Shown here in pieces: positions 26,968 to 35,550 of a stretch of DNA of 64,000 bases. Below the pieces are notes generated by a model. It ran no database searches, was not told the origin of the DNA, and saw nothing but the letters and a program-made list of their open reading frames with translations. The DNA comes from an uncultured Eubacteriales bacterium (GTDB taxonomy: Bacteria; Bacillota; Clostridia; Oscillospirales; Acutalibacteraceae), in NCBI GenBank assembly GCA_964419515.1, contig CAYQPJ010000008.1, positions 33-64,032 of the forward strand, written 5' to 3'. The translations under genes were made by a program, and so were the position numbers. Every line of letters starts with the position of its first letter. The stretch's first letter is position 1.

Positions 26968-28307
26968 GATACAGCCTCCTTAATAACGGCGCATTCTTTA
27001 ATACCGTAGTAATTAAAGCATTCCGCTGCGTTTTTGTCTATTTTTTCGCCGAATACCGCAATAGGTACACATGGCGGACAGCTTACCGCCGCCTCGGCGC
27101 AAATTCTGCCTACCGTAAGCTCCGAGGGGAGCTTTTCGCTTTGCGAAAAAAGCGCGTCTCTCGGCTTAAGGCAAGAGGTGAGCTTTGCTGGTGTGGGCAG
27201 CACGGTGTTTATCGGATTTCTTTTTTCAATACTTAAAAGAGCTTTTTTTAAAGTCTCAAGGTCGCCGTCGCTGTTAAAGGGTGTTACCATAAGCACAACA
27301 AAATCCGGGTCGTGAAGCTCCGAAAAAATACCTTGTTTTCTTAAAAGCTCGGCAAGCTCGTGGCCCGTGTAGCCGAGACTTTTCGGCGCAATTGTTATTT
27401 TAAGCGGCTCATCTCCGAAAAGTGCGAAGCCGTGAGAGGCAAGAGTGGCTTTTAAGATGTTGATTTTTTTTATAAATTCGGAAAGCACTTCGCTATAAGA
27501 AGAGAGAATAGGGTTTACCGCATCAAGCGATTGTAAAATAAGGTATGACGGACTGCTTGTGGAAAAAAGCGCGAGTGCATTTTTTGCGTTTTTGTAAAGT
27601 AGCTCGGGCGCGGCTTTATTTATGTGAAGGTACGCGCCGCCCGTTAAAACGGGTAGTGTTTTGTGAGCGGAGTCACAGCACATATCCGCACCGAGGTCAA
27701 TCGGGTGAAGACTGCTATTTAAAAATTTTAAATATGAGCCGTGAGCATTATCGACAATTAAAAGAGCGCCGTGCTTTTTGCATACCTCCGAAATACCCTT
27801 TATATCGGTAATACCTCCAAGGTAGTCGGGGGAGGTGATATATACCGCTAAGGGCGCATCGTTTTGAAGAGTCAGTTCTTTTTCCAGCTCCTGCGGAGTG
27901 ATTTTGCAGGAATAGTATGTATCACAGTCACCGTAAATCCACGTAACATCAATGCAAAGAAGTGCTGCGGCGTTAATAAATGCCTTGTGCGCATTCCTTG
28001 CGGCAAGAATGCACGGCTTTTTTTCTTTGGCTTTTGCGTAAAGCGTAAAAAGCTTTAACATTGCCTGAATGGAAAGTGTAGAACCGCCCGTAGAGTAAAA
28101 GGTGTGTGCACCGAAAAGCTCCGAGGCGTTTTTTTCGCTTTCTTTAATAATGCCCGTAGGTGAAAAAAGGTCGTCGGCACCGTCAAATTCCGTTATATCA
28201 AAGGACTCAAAGCCCAAAACGGGTGTTCCCTTATGACCGGGCATATGAAGGCGCGTGTGATTTTTTTTGTTGTAATCGCGAACAAAATCGCAAATAGGCG
28301 TATTCAT
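26964..28307 (-). CDS. Orn/Lys/Arg decarboxylase-family PLP-dependent enzyme (YaaO-like)
   Basis: N-terminal LHMPGHKG motif and PLP-lysine motif DSAHKTLP, about 447 aa. Its start overlaps the scfB stop by 1 nt (TAATG). Confidence 0.8.
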   Translation of the reverse strand: MNTPICDFVRDYNKKNHTRLHMPGHKGTPVLGFESFDITEFDGADDLFSPTGIIKESEKNASELFGAHTFYSTGGSTLSIQAMLKLFTLYAKAKEKKPCILAARNAHKAFINAAALLCIDVTWIYGDCDTYYSCKITPQELEKELTLQNDAPLAVYITSPDYLGGITDIKGISEVCKKHGALLIVDNAHGSYLKFLNSSLHPIDLGADMCCDSAHKTLPVLTGGAYLHINKAAPELLYKNAKNALALFSTSSPSYLILQSLDAVNPILSSYSEVLSEFIKKINILKATLASHGFALFGDEPLKITIAPKSLGYTGHELAELLRKQGIFSELHDPDFVVLMVTPFNSDGDLETLKKALLSIEKRNPINTVLPTPAKLTSCLKPRDALFSQSEKLPSELTVGRICAEAAVSCPPCVPIAVFGEKIDKNAAECFNYYGIKECAVIKEAVS

Positions 28308-29686
28308 TATTTGTTTAGCTCTCTTTTAACGGCAACGGCAAGTGCACATTCCATGCGTTTTTTGAAAAGGTCGCAGCCGTATTTGTAAATGCCCTTAACA
28401 GAGCCCGTTGCGTGGTAGGCGTTTGCCGCACATCCGCCAGAGCAGTAAAGTCTTGCCCAGCAGTCGCGGCATTCCTCTCTTGCGTAAACATTGCAGGAGA
28501 AAAATTCATTTTGAATTTCGGTGTTTTTCACGCCGTCCCAAATATTGCCGAGTAAGAATTTTTCATCGCCCACAAATTGGTGACAGGGGTAAAGGTCACC
28601 CCAAGGCGTTACAGCCATATATTCCGTGCCGGAGCCACAGCCCGAGATGCGCTTGTAAATACACGGACCGCCCTTGATATCTATCATATAGTGGTAAAAG
28701 GTAAAGGGCTTGTTTTCCTTATCGCGCAAAAGCATAAGCTCTGCGAGCTCCTCGTATTGCTTAAAAACAATTTCCTTGTCTGCCTCGGTAAGTGCCGAAG
28801 GGTCGGAGGGGGAGGTGACAACAGGCTCCATGCTAAGCTCCGTGAAGCCTAAGTCAAGCATTGCCTTGATATCGTTTAAAAAGTCGGGGTTGTAGTGGGT
28901 GAAGGTTCCGCGCATATAATAATTTTTGCCGCCGCGTGCTTTTACAAGCCTTTGAAATTTCGGAACAATGCTGTCAAAGCTTCCTTTGCCCGCATAGTCC
29001 ACGCGGAAACGGTCGTGGACCTCACGTCTGCCGTCAAGGCTTAAAACAACATTGCTCATTTCTCGGTTCGCAAAGTCAATTACGTCATCATCTATAAGCA
29101 CGCCGTTTGTTGTAAGCGTAAAGCGGAAGTTTTTGTTTTTTTCCTTTTCAATGCTTCTCGCGTATTCAACAAGTCTTTTTACAACGTCAAAATTCATAAG
29201 CGGCTCGCCGCCGAAAAAGTCAACCTCAAGGTTGCGGCGCGTGCCGGAATTTTCCACAAGAAAGTCAAGAGCGCGCTTTCCCACGTCAAAGCTCATAAGT
29301 GCTCTTTCACCGTGATATTTGCCTTGGCTTGCAAAGCAGTATGAGCAGTTGAGATTGCAGGTGTGGGCAATGTGAAGGCAAAGCGCCTTGATTACTCCCG
29401 AGGTGCGGCTTTTAAGCTCGCTTGCCATGGGTGAAAACGTGTCTTCGCAAAAAAGCTTGCCTGCAGCCCTCAGTGCTTCAACATCGTCGTAGCATTCGGC
29501 AATTTCTTCACGCGTAACGTTTTCTCGGCTTTTGTATTTTTCGTAAAGCTCATTTATGAGAGCCTCTTTATCTTTATTTAAAAACTCGGCTATAATGTCA
29601 TAGGCTATGTCGTCTACGGCGTGAATCGAGCCGGAGCAAACATCAAGCACTATGTTTTCCGAGCAGAGCTTATATTGGTGAATCAT
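28307..29686 (-). CDS. scfB: Radical SAM/SPASM thioether-forming SCIFF peptide maturase
   Basis: CLHIAHTCNLNCSYC (CX3CX2C). C-terminal SPASM cysteines (GCGSG...PC...C..C....C.GGC). Located directly downstream of a SCIFF peptide gene. Confidence 0.9.
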   Translation of the reverse strand: MIHQYKLCSENIVLDVCSGSIHAVDDIAYDIIAEFLNKDKEALINELYEKYKSRENVTREEIAECYDDVEALRAAGKLFCEDTFSPMASELKSRTSGVIKALCLHIAHTCNLNCSYCFASQGKYHGERALMSFDVGKRALDFLVENSGTRRNLEVDFFGGEPLMNFDVVKRLVEYARSIEKEKNKNFRFTLTTNGVLIDDDVIDFANREMSNVVLSLDGRREVHDRFRVDYAGKGSFDSIVPKFQRLVKARGGKNYYMRGTFTHYNPDFLNDIKAMLDLGFTELSMEPVVTSPSDPSALTEADKEIVFKQYEELAELMLLRDKENKPFTFYHYMIDIKGGPCIYKRISGCGSGTEYMAVTPWGDLYPCHQFVGDEKFLLGNIWDGVKNTEIQNEFFSCNVYAREECRDCWARLYCSGGCAANAYHATGSVKGIYKYGCDLFKKRMECALAVAVKRELNK

Positions 29687-29700
29687 TAAAAAATCTCTCC

Positions 29701-29800
29701 ATAAAAAAATAGGCTGCCGCTTCTCTGCAAAGTAGGATAGTGCGGTTTAATTCCATGGCGCATGGCAAAAAACCGCATTCACAGACAATACGACAGCCCG
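29701..29800 (-). terminator. Possible attenuator/partial terminator between scfA and scfB
   Basis: On the minus strand, GGCUGUCG ... CGGCAGCC encloses the hairpin GCGGUUU..CCAUG-cgc-CAUGG..AAACCGC and is followed by UAUUUUUUU. This was folded by eye only. Confidence 0.3.
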
Positions 29801-29809
29801 GTTCGGATT

Positions 29810-29959
29810 TTATTTGCTTTCTTTGTTTTCGCAAGACTGGTTGGCAATACCGCAGCTTGTTTTGCAAGCGGACTGGCAAGAAGTCTGGCACTCACCGCAA
29901 CCGCCGTTTTTTGCGCTTTCGCAAAGGTCGCGAGTTTCGATAGTGTTTATATGTTTCAT
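29810..29959 (-). CDS. scfA: SCIFF (six-cysteines-in-forty-five) ranthipeptide precursor, 49 aa; absent from the ORF track
   Basis: Minus-strand translation is MKHINTIETRDLCESAKNGGCGECQTSCQSACKTSCGIANQSCENKESK. RBS GGAGG lies 8 nt upstream. Confidence 0.9.
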   Translation of the reverse strand: MKHINTIETRDLCESAKNGGCGECQTSCQSACKTSCGIANQSCENKESK

Positions 29960-29991
29960 CAAAAAAACCTCCGATTCACTTATTTTACAGC

Positions 29992-30020
29992 ATTATACCA
30001 CAAGCGAAAAACATTGTCAA
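29992..30020 (-). promoter_or_regulatory. Consensus sigma-70 promoter driving scfA
   Basis: Minus strand: TTGACA, 17-nt spacer, TATAAT preceded by TGg (extended -10). Confidence 0.75.
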
Positions 30021-30074
30021 TCGAGATAAACCAATTAATCATCGGTTTTACTGAATTTAGGAGAATTTTGGGAC

Positions 30075-31043
30075 TTAAACAAAATATTTATCTTCGCAAA
30101 ACTTGTATTCTACGTCGCAGTCGGTTATTTTTGTGAAAAGCTTTTCCGCGAAAACAAGGTCATGAACGGCAATTCCGTAGTTGTAAACAAGAATTCGTTC
30201 GGTGTCGTTCGTTCTCCCTTCTTTTACTCCGTTTAATACATCGCTTACATTGGCAACGGATTTGAATTGATTGAAATATTTAAAATCGCGAATTTGCTCT
30301 ATTTCATCTGTAAATACCTTTTCAAAGAACAAATCGCAGTTTTGAAAGCCCATGGTGCATATGGGAATAACCGTAACGCCTTCTTTGAAATATTCGTCGG
30401 TAACGAAATTTTCGCTTACCTTTGTTATTGCGGAAATTACGAGGTCACTTTCGCCTATTACCTCTTCAAAGGTATCAACGGGAACAACCTTAATGTTTTT
30501 ATCATCCTTGAAAAGGCTTATTATTCTTTCCTCGTGTGAATGGTACTTTATAACCTTAAGTGTTATTTCGCGGTCGTCGCCCCTTGCCCGAAGGGTATCA
30601 ATAAGCGCTTTAATGCAAATTGTCATAATATTACCTAAGCCTATAAGCCCGATTGTGTTAAAATCCTTTTTTGCAAAAAGCAGTGCCGAATGAGCCGCTG
30701 AAAGTCCCGTGCGAAGAGTTGTTATGTATTCGGCATCCATAACAGCCTTTAAAATGCCCGTATCCGCCTCGTAAAGAAGAATATCTCCCATCATAACAGA
30801 ACGGCTTTCGCCTCGTTTTATGGAGTGGCGGCCTATCATTTTTACCATCGCTATGTTGTCGTTTTCATAAACGCAGGGCATAATGTTGTAATAGTCGCCC
30901 GCCTCCTGTGAAACGTGAATTTTTGGAGGAAGGGTATATTTCGCTTTATTTTTAAGGGTAGAGTCAATCCATCCGAGCTGCTCGTCATACGGTACTGCCG
31001 AGGCGGCTTTTTTCACGTTTTCAAAGTCTATTAATTTAATCAC
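30075..31043 (-). CDS. Ornithine cyclodeaminase / mu-crystallin family protein
   Basis: ITTLRTGLSAAHSALLFAKKD and the Rossmann motif IGLIGLGNI, about 322 aa; typical of the family. Confidence 0.65.
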   Translation of the reverse strand: MIKLIDFENVKKAASAVPYDEQLGWIDSTLKNKAKYTLPPKIHVSQEAGDYYNIMPCVYENDNIAMVKMIGRHSIKRGESRSVMMGDILLYEADTGILKAVMDAEYITTLRTGLSAAHSALLFAKKDFNTIGLIGLGNIMTICIKALIDTLRARGDDREITLKVIKYHSHEERIISLFKDDKNIKVVPVDTFEEVIGESDLVISAITKVSENFVTDEYFKEGVTVIPICTMGFQNCDLFFEKVFTDEIEQIRDFKYFNQFKSVANVSDVLNGVKEGRTNDTERILVYNYGIAVHDLVFAEKLFTKITDCDVEYKFCEDKYFV

Positions 31044-31162
31044 GGTAATTGCTCCTTTTTTCAGAACTGTAATTAATTATATCAAAAGTTTTTTGTAAGG
31101 TCAATATGTTTGAAAAAGTAACGAATTCGCATATAAAAAACCGTTGAAATTAAAAATGCCTG

Positions 31163-31191
31163 TTGAAATTGAAAATGCGATATAGTATTAT
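31163..31191 (+). promoter_or_regulatory. Candidate promoter of the beta-helix/GH38 pair
   Basis: TTGAAA (31163-31168), 17-nt spacer, TATTAT (31186-31191). The -35 lies in the second of two tandem 17-mers, gttgaaatt(a/g)aaaatgc. Confidence 0.35.
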
Positions 31192-31211
31192 ATTAGCGAG
31201 TAGGTGTTTAG

Positions 31212-32858
31212 ATGGTTATTTATCCCGAGATGTTCAGTGTTAAGCCCGAGGCGGAGGTTACCAAGGGCTTCAGAAATCTTTTTAATACGATAAGTGAGGC
31301 GGGAGCGAAAAAAACGCTTCTTTTGCCTCACGGAAATTATGTTTTTCAAAGTAAAAATGCCGAATCGAGAAGGCTTTATATTTCAAATACCATAGCCGAG
31401 GATGAGTATCTTGACGGTGAAGAGCCGAATATGAGAAAAATTGCTCTTGATATGAGAAATGTAAGTGATCTTGAAATAGACGGTAACGGCTCGCGCTTTA
31501 TTATCGACGGCGAAATGACGAATTTTGTGATCGAGGGCTGTAAAAACATAACTGTAAAAAATCTTACAATAGATACGGTTTCACCTAATGTTCACAAGGT
31601 GACGATTACAAAGGCTTCGCCGTTTTATATTAATTTTGAGGTTGACGGCGGCTGTAGATATGTTGAAGAAAACGGTGAGTATTATTGGGTGGGCCCGGAT
31701 TATAAAATGGGCTTTCTTGATTACCGTGAAACGGGCGGCTGGATTTTAACGGCACGTCCCGATAATTACAACCATATTGTTCGCAACGGTACGCACCCGT
31801 TTTACGGCGCGTCTTCCTTAAGAGAAACGGCACCCGGTGTTTTCAGCGTGAGGTTTCTTGTGCCTAAGGATTATGAAAAGGGTCAGGTGTTTTGGTTTTA
31901 TCCGTGTCGCCGCAAGGAGGCGGGAATTGTCATAAGCAATTCCAAAAATATAAGGCTTCAAAACATTAAGCAGAGCTTTAATTATTCGCTTGCATTGGTT
32001 GCGCAAAACAGCGAGAATATTACCGTTGACGGCGTTCGCTTTGCGCCGGATGAAAAGCGCGAGGCGGATTTGTGTTCGCTTGCCGATTTTTTGCAATTTT
32101 CAATGTGTCGAGGAAAAATTTCCGTTAAAAATTCGTTTTTTGATTGCGCCGGAGATGATACCGTAAATGTTCACGGCTTTTATTTTAAAATAACAGAGAG
32201 TAATAAGGATAAAATGACGGTGAAATTTTGCCATCCGCAAAGCTACGGCTTTGAGTGCATAAGAAGCGGTGACATTATTTCGTTTATTGACCCCAAAACG
32301 CTTCTTGAAGCGGGACGTACAAAGGTGCTTGAGGCGACGCTGCGCGATGAATATTATTATGATCTCGTTTTAATGACTTATGAGCCGCCATTGGGCGTAG
32401 GCGGTTTTGTGGAAAATTATTCGGCAAACCCCGATTTTGAGTTTTCCGATAATACCGTAAACAGGATTCCCACACGCGGAATGCTTGTAACAACACGAGG
32501 CAAGGTTGTTATTGAAAACAACAGGTTTTTAAATACGGGAATGAGCGGAATTTATATTTCGGGAGATGCATCGAGCTGGTTTGAAAGCGGCGCGGTGACG
32601 GATGTAACAATAAGGCGCAATGCTTTTATGAATTGCGAGGATAACGCAATTTTAATAGCACCTGAAATTAAAAGGTACGGGGGACCCGTTCACAACAGCT
32701 TTTTAATTGAAAATAATTTCTTTTTGCTTGATTCAAGTCACGCGCTTAATGCAAGCGCCTGCAAAAATATTGTTATGAAAAGCAATATATATAAGGGCAA
32801 GGCAAAATACAATAAGCCCATTATTACAAAAAATGTTATTAAGCTTACCGAGGATTGA
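31212..32858 (+). CDS. Right-handed parallel beta-helix repeat protein, probably a glycoside hydrolase or lyase
   Basis: Repeated segments (NITVKNLTID, NIRLQNIKQ, NITVDGVRF, VVIENNRF and similar) typical of pectate-lyase-fold proteins. Adjacent to a GH38 gene. Confidence 0.5.
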   Translation: MVIYPEMFSVKPEAEVTKGFRNLFNTISEAGAKKTLLLPHGNYVFQSKNAESRRLYISNTIAEDEYLDGEEPNMRKIALDMRNVSDLEIDGNGSRFIIDGEMTNFVIEGCKNITVKNLTIDTVSPNVHKVTITKASPFYINFEVDGGCRYVEENGEYYWVGPDYKMGFLDYRETGGWILTARPDNYNHIVRNGTHPFYGASSLRETAPGVFSVRFLVPKDYEKGQVFWFYPCRRKEAGIVISNSKNIRLQNIKQSFNYSLALVAQNSENITVDGVRFAPDEKREADLCSLADFLQFSMCRGKISVKNSFFDCAGDDTVNVHGFYFKITESNKDKMTVKFCHPQSYGFECIRSGDIISFIDPKTLLEAGRTKVLEATLRDEYYYDLVLMTYEPPLGVGGFVENYSANPDFEFSDNTVNRIPTRGMLVTTRGKVVIENNRFLNTGMSGIYISGDASSWFESGAVTDVTIRRNAFMNCEDNAILIAPEIKRYGGPVHNSFLIENNFFLLDSSHALNASACKNIVMKSNIYKGKAKYNKPIITKNVIKLTED

Positions 32859-32898
32859 TTTTTTCGGTTTTGTTTTAAGATTTCGGATGTGATTTTTT

Positions 32899-35361
32899 AT
32901 GATAAAAAGACTTCATCTTGTTTGTAATGCACATATAGATCCCGTTTGGCAGTGGGAGTGGGAGGAAGGCGCCGCCGAAACGCTCTCAACCTTCAGAATT
33001 GCCGCCGATTTTTGCGAAAAGTACGACAGCTTTGTGTTTTGTCATAACGAGGCGCTTCTTTACAGATGGGTAGAGGAGCTCGACTTAGCGCTTTTTGAAA
33101 AAATAAAGGAGCTTGTTAAAGCGGGAAAATGGCACATTATGGGAGGTTGGCATTTACAACCGGATTGCAATATGCCCTCGGGTGAAATGTTTGTTCGTCA
33201 AATCTCCTCGGGAAGACGCTATTTTAAGGAGAAGTTCGGAGTAGAGCCTACGGTTGCCGTTAATGTTGACCCCTTCGGGCATTCAAGGGGTTTAGTGCAA
33301 ATTATGAAAAAGTGCGGCTATGAGGGGTATATGTTTATGCGTCCGAGCCCCGAGTTTTTAACGCTTCCTCAAAACAGCTTCAAATGGGTCGGCTACGACG
33401 GCTCCGAAATTATAGCAACGAGAATTTCTTACGGTTACAATTCCGGTAAGGGCAAGGCCGAGGAAAAGGTTTCGCGTATTTTAAAGGAATGCCCCGATGA
33501 GGATTTCTTCCTTTGCTTTTGGGGAATAGGCAACCATGGCGGCGGACCCTCAAAAAAGGACCTTGACGATTTAAGTGAGCTTATAGCGCGTGAAAAGAAA
33601 AACGGAAACGGAATTATTCATTCAACTCCGGAAAAATATCTTGAGGAGCTTAAAAATGTTGAGCTTCCCACGGTTGAAAAAAGTCTTAATCCTTGGGCGC
33701 CCGGTTGCTATACAAGTCAAATTCGCATAAAACAGCAATATCGCCGTGCCGAAAACGAATATATTTTCACAGAGAGCATTTGTTCGCATGCATCGGCCTT
33801 GGGACTTACAGATTATCCCGAAAAGGAACTTTTTGAAGCACTTTACGATATTATGACGGTGCAGTTTCATGATATACTTCCCGGGACATCTATTCAGCCC
33901 GCAGAGGAAATGGCTTTAAGAATGCTTTCGCATTCACTTGAAATTCTCTCAAGACTGAAGTTCAAGGCGTTTACTTCGCTTTTGGGCGGTCAAAAAAAGC
34001 CGGATGATGATAAAATTCCCGTGTTTGTGTATAATCCGTATCCATATGAGGTGAGCGGAGATTTTACGGCGGAGTTTATGCTGTGGGATCAGGTGCGCGA
34101 TTTTGTGTTTATGTCGCCGAATGTTTATGATGAAAACGGTGTGCTTTTAAAATCTCAATGTGAAAAGGAGCACAGCTCAATTCCGTGCGAATGGCGAAAA
34201 AGAGTTGTGTTTAACACCACCTTAAAGCCTATGGCTGTAAGCCGCTTCGATTGCTCGTTTACACGCCTTAACGAAAAGCCGAAAACCGAGCTTGCAATAA
34301 TTGACGGTAATATTGTTTACGATAAAAACGGCTTAAGGCTTGCCGTAAATAAAAAAACGGGACTTGTTTCTTATCTTGAAAAGGACGGTGTTTCTTACCT
34401 TGACGGTGACTCCTTTAAGCTTGAGGTTTATAAGGACGACTCCGACCCGTGGGGAATGACACGGCTCGGCTGGTATGAAAAAATCGGAGAATTTACGGCG
34501 CTTACCCCCGAGGAGGTTAAGGAGTATTATTGCATAAACGGGGAAATCCCTCCCGTGAGAGTGATTGAAGCCGGCAGTGTTAGAACCGTTATAGAGGCGG
34601 CGTTTGGATATAAAAAGTCAAATGCCGTAATAAAATATATTATTTCGGATTGCGGAGATTTTTCTGTTGAGGCAAGAGTGAATTGGAGTCAAAAGCAGGA
34701 GCTTGTTAAGCTTTCCGTATCACCGGCGTTTAAAACGGAGTCGCTTTTGGGAGAGACCGCTTACGGTAGAGAAGAGCTTAAAAGAAATTGCGATGAGAAT
34801 GTTTCGCAAAAATACATTGCCGTTTCCGGCGAGGACAGATGTATAGCAGTTGCCAACAACGGTACATACGGCTCGTCGTTCGATGAAAACAGCGGAGAAC
34901 TGAAGCTTACACTTCTTCGGTCTGCTTCATATTGCGCTCATCCGATAGATGACCGTATTGTTTTGCCGCAGGACAGAATGTCGCCTTATATAGAGCAGGG
35001 CGAAAGAGATTTCGGCTTTGGGTTTATGTTCGGTAAAAAAGAAGACGTTTTAAATAAGGCCGCGCGCTTCGCTCATTTGTTTAATGAAAAACCGTTTGCA
35101 ATTTCGGTTTACCCGACAGGCAAGGGTGAAAAGCCCGCATCACCGCTTTTGCTTTCGGAAACAGATGTTGTAGACGTAACGGCATTTAAAAAGGCCGAAA
35201 CAGGCGAGGGCTATACGGTGCGTCTTTTCAATCCTACCGAGGCTCGTCATTCCGCAAGACTTACCTACAAAGACGCAACTGTCGAAATATCATTCACCCC
35301 GTTTGAAATAAAAACCTACCGTCTAACCGAAACCGATATTAAAGAAGATGACTTGAATTAA
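32899..35361 (+). CDS. Glycoside hydrolase family 38 alpha-mannosidase
   Basis: LHLVCNAHIDPVWQWEWEEG N-terminus, DPFGHS and FWGIGNHGGGP motifs. Confidence 0.85.
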   Translation: MIKRLHLVCNAHIDPVWQWEWEEGAAETLSTFRIAADFCEKYDSFVFCHNEALLYRWVEELDLALFEKIKELVKAGKWHIMGGWHLQPDCNMPSGEMFVRQISSGRRYFKEKFGVEPTVAVNVDPFGHSRGLVQIMKKCGYEGYMFMRPSPEFLTLPQNSFKWVGYDGSEIIATRISYGYNSGKGKAEEKVSRILKECPDEDFFLCFWGIGNHGGGPSKKDLDDLSELIAREKKNGNGIIHSTPEKYLEELKNVELPTVEKSLNPWAPGCYTSQIRIKQQYRRAENEYIFTESICSHASALGLTDYPEKELFEALYDIMTVQFHDILPGTSIQPAEEMALRMLSHSLEILSRLKFKAFTSLLGGQKKPDDDKIPVFVYNPYPYEVSGDFTAEFMLWDQVRDFVFMSPNVYDENGVLLKSQCEKEHSSIPCEWRKRVVFNTTLKPMAVSRFDCSFTRLNEKPKTELAIIDGNIVYDKNGLRLAVNKKTGLVSYLEKDGVSYLDGDSFKLEVYKDDSDPWGMTRLGWYEKIGEFTALTPEEVKEYYCINGEIPPVRVIEAGSVRTVIEAAFGYKKSNAVIKYIISDCGDFSVEARVNWSQKQELVKLSVSPAFKTESLLGETAYGREELKRNCDENVSQKYIAVSGEDRCIAVANNGTYGSSFDENSGELKLTLLRSASYCAHPIDDRIVLPQDRMSPYIEQGERDFGFGFMFGKKEDVLNKAARFAHLFNEKPFAISVYPTGKGEKPASPLLLSETDVVDVTAFKKAETGEGYTVRLFNPTEARHSARLTYKDATVEISFTPFEIKTYRLTETDIKEDDLN

Positions 35362-35460
35362 CGGGTATTTTAACGTCGCAGGGGCGAAAATCAGTATGGT
35401 TAAACCGATTTTGCCGAACCCCTTCGAGCTTTAATTGAAAACGAATATCAATAAAAGAGG

Positions 35461-35502
35461 CTCGCACCGATTGAACAAGCGTGGTTGTTTAATCGGTGCG
35501 AG
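35461..35502. terminator. Bidirectional terminator hairpin between GH38 and the radical SAM gene
   Basis: CTCGCACCGATT / AATCGGTGCGAG forms a 12-bp perfect stem. A U-tract (CCUCUUUUAUU) follows on the minus strand. Confidence 0.7.
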
Positions 35503-35550
35503 TGTATTTGAGTTGTATTTATTACTTTGATTGTATTGTTTTGATTTAGC

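Noticed and set aside
26964-31043. An ectoine or polyamine biosynthetic cluster formed by the decarboxylase-family gene, the OCD-family gene and the distant EctB-like gene
   Set aside because: The genes are 30 kb apart or separated by unrelated operons, and no ectA, ectC or ddc is present. There is no evidence for a functional cluster.
31143-31179. Recurrent GTTGAAAT motif (also at 51971 and 62146) as a shared operator
   Set aside because: The motif contains TTGAAA and, where the spacing can be checked, lies 17 nt upstream of a TATTAT-type -10 element. It is most simply explained as -35 elements in AT-rich promoters.
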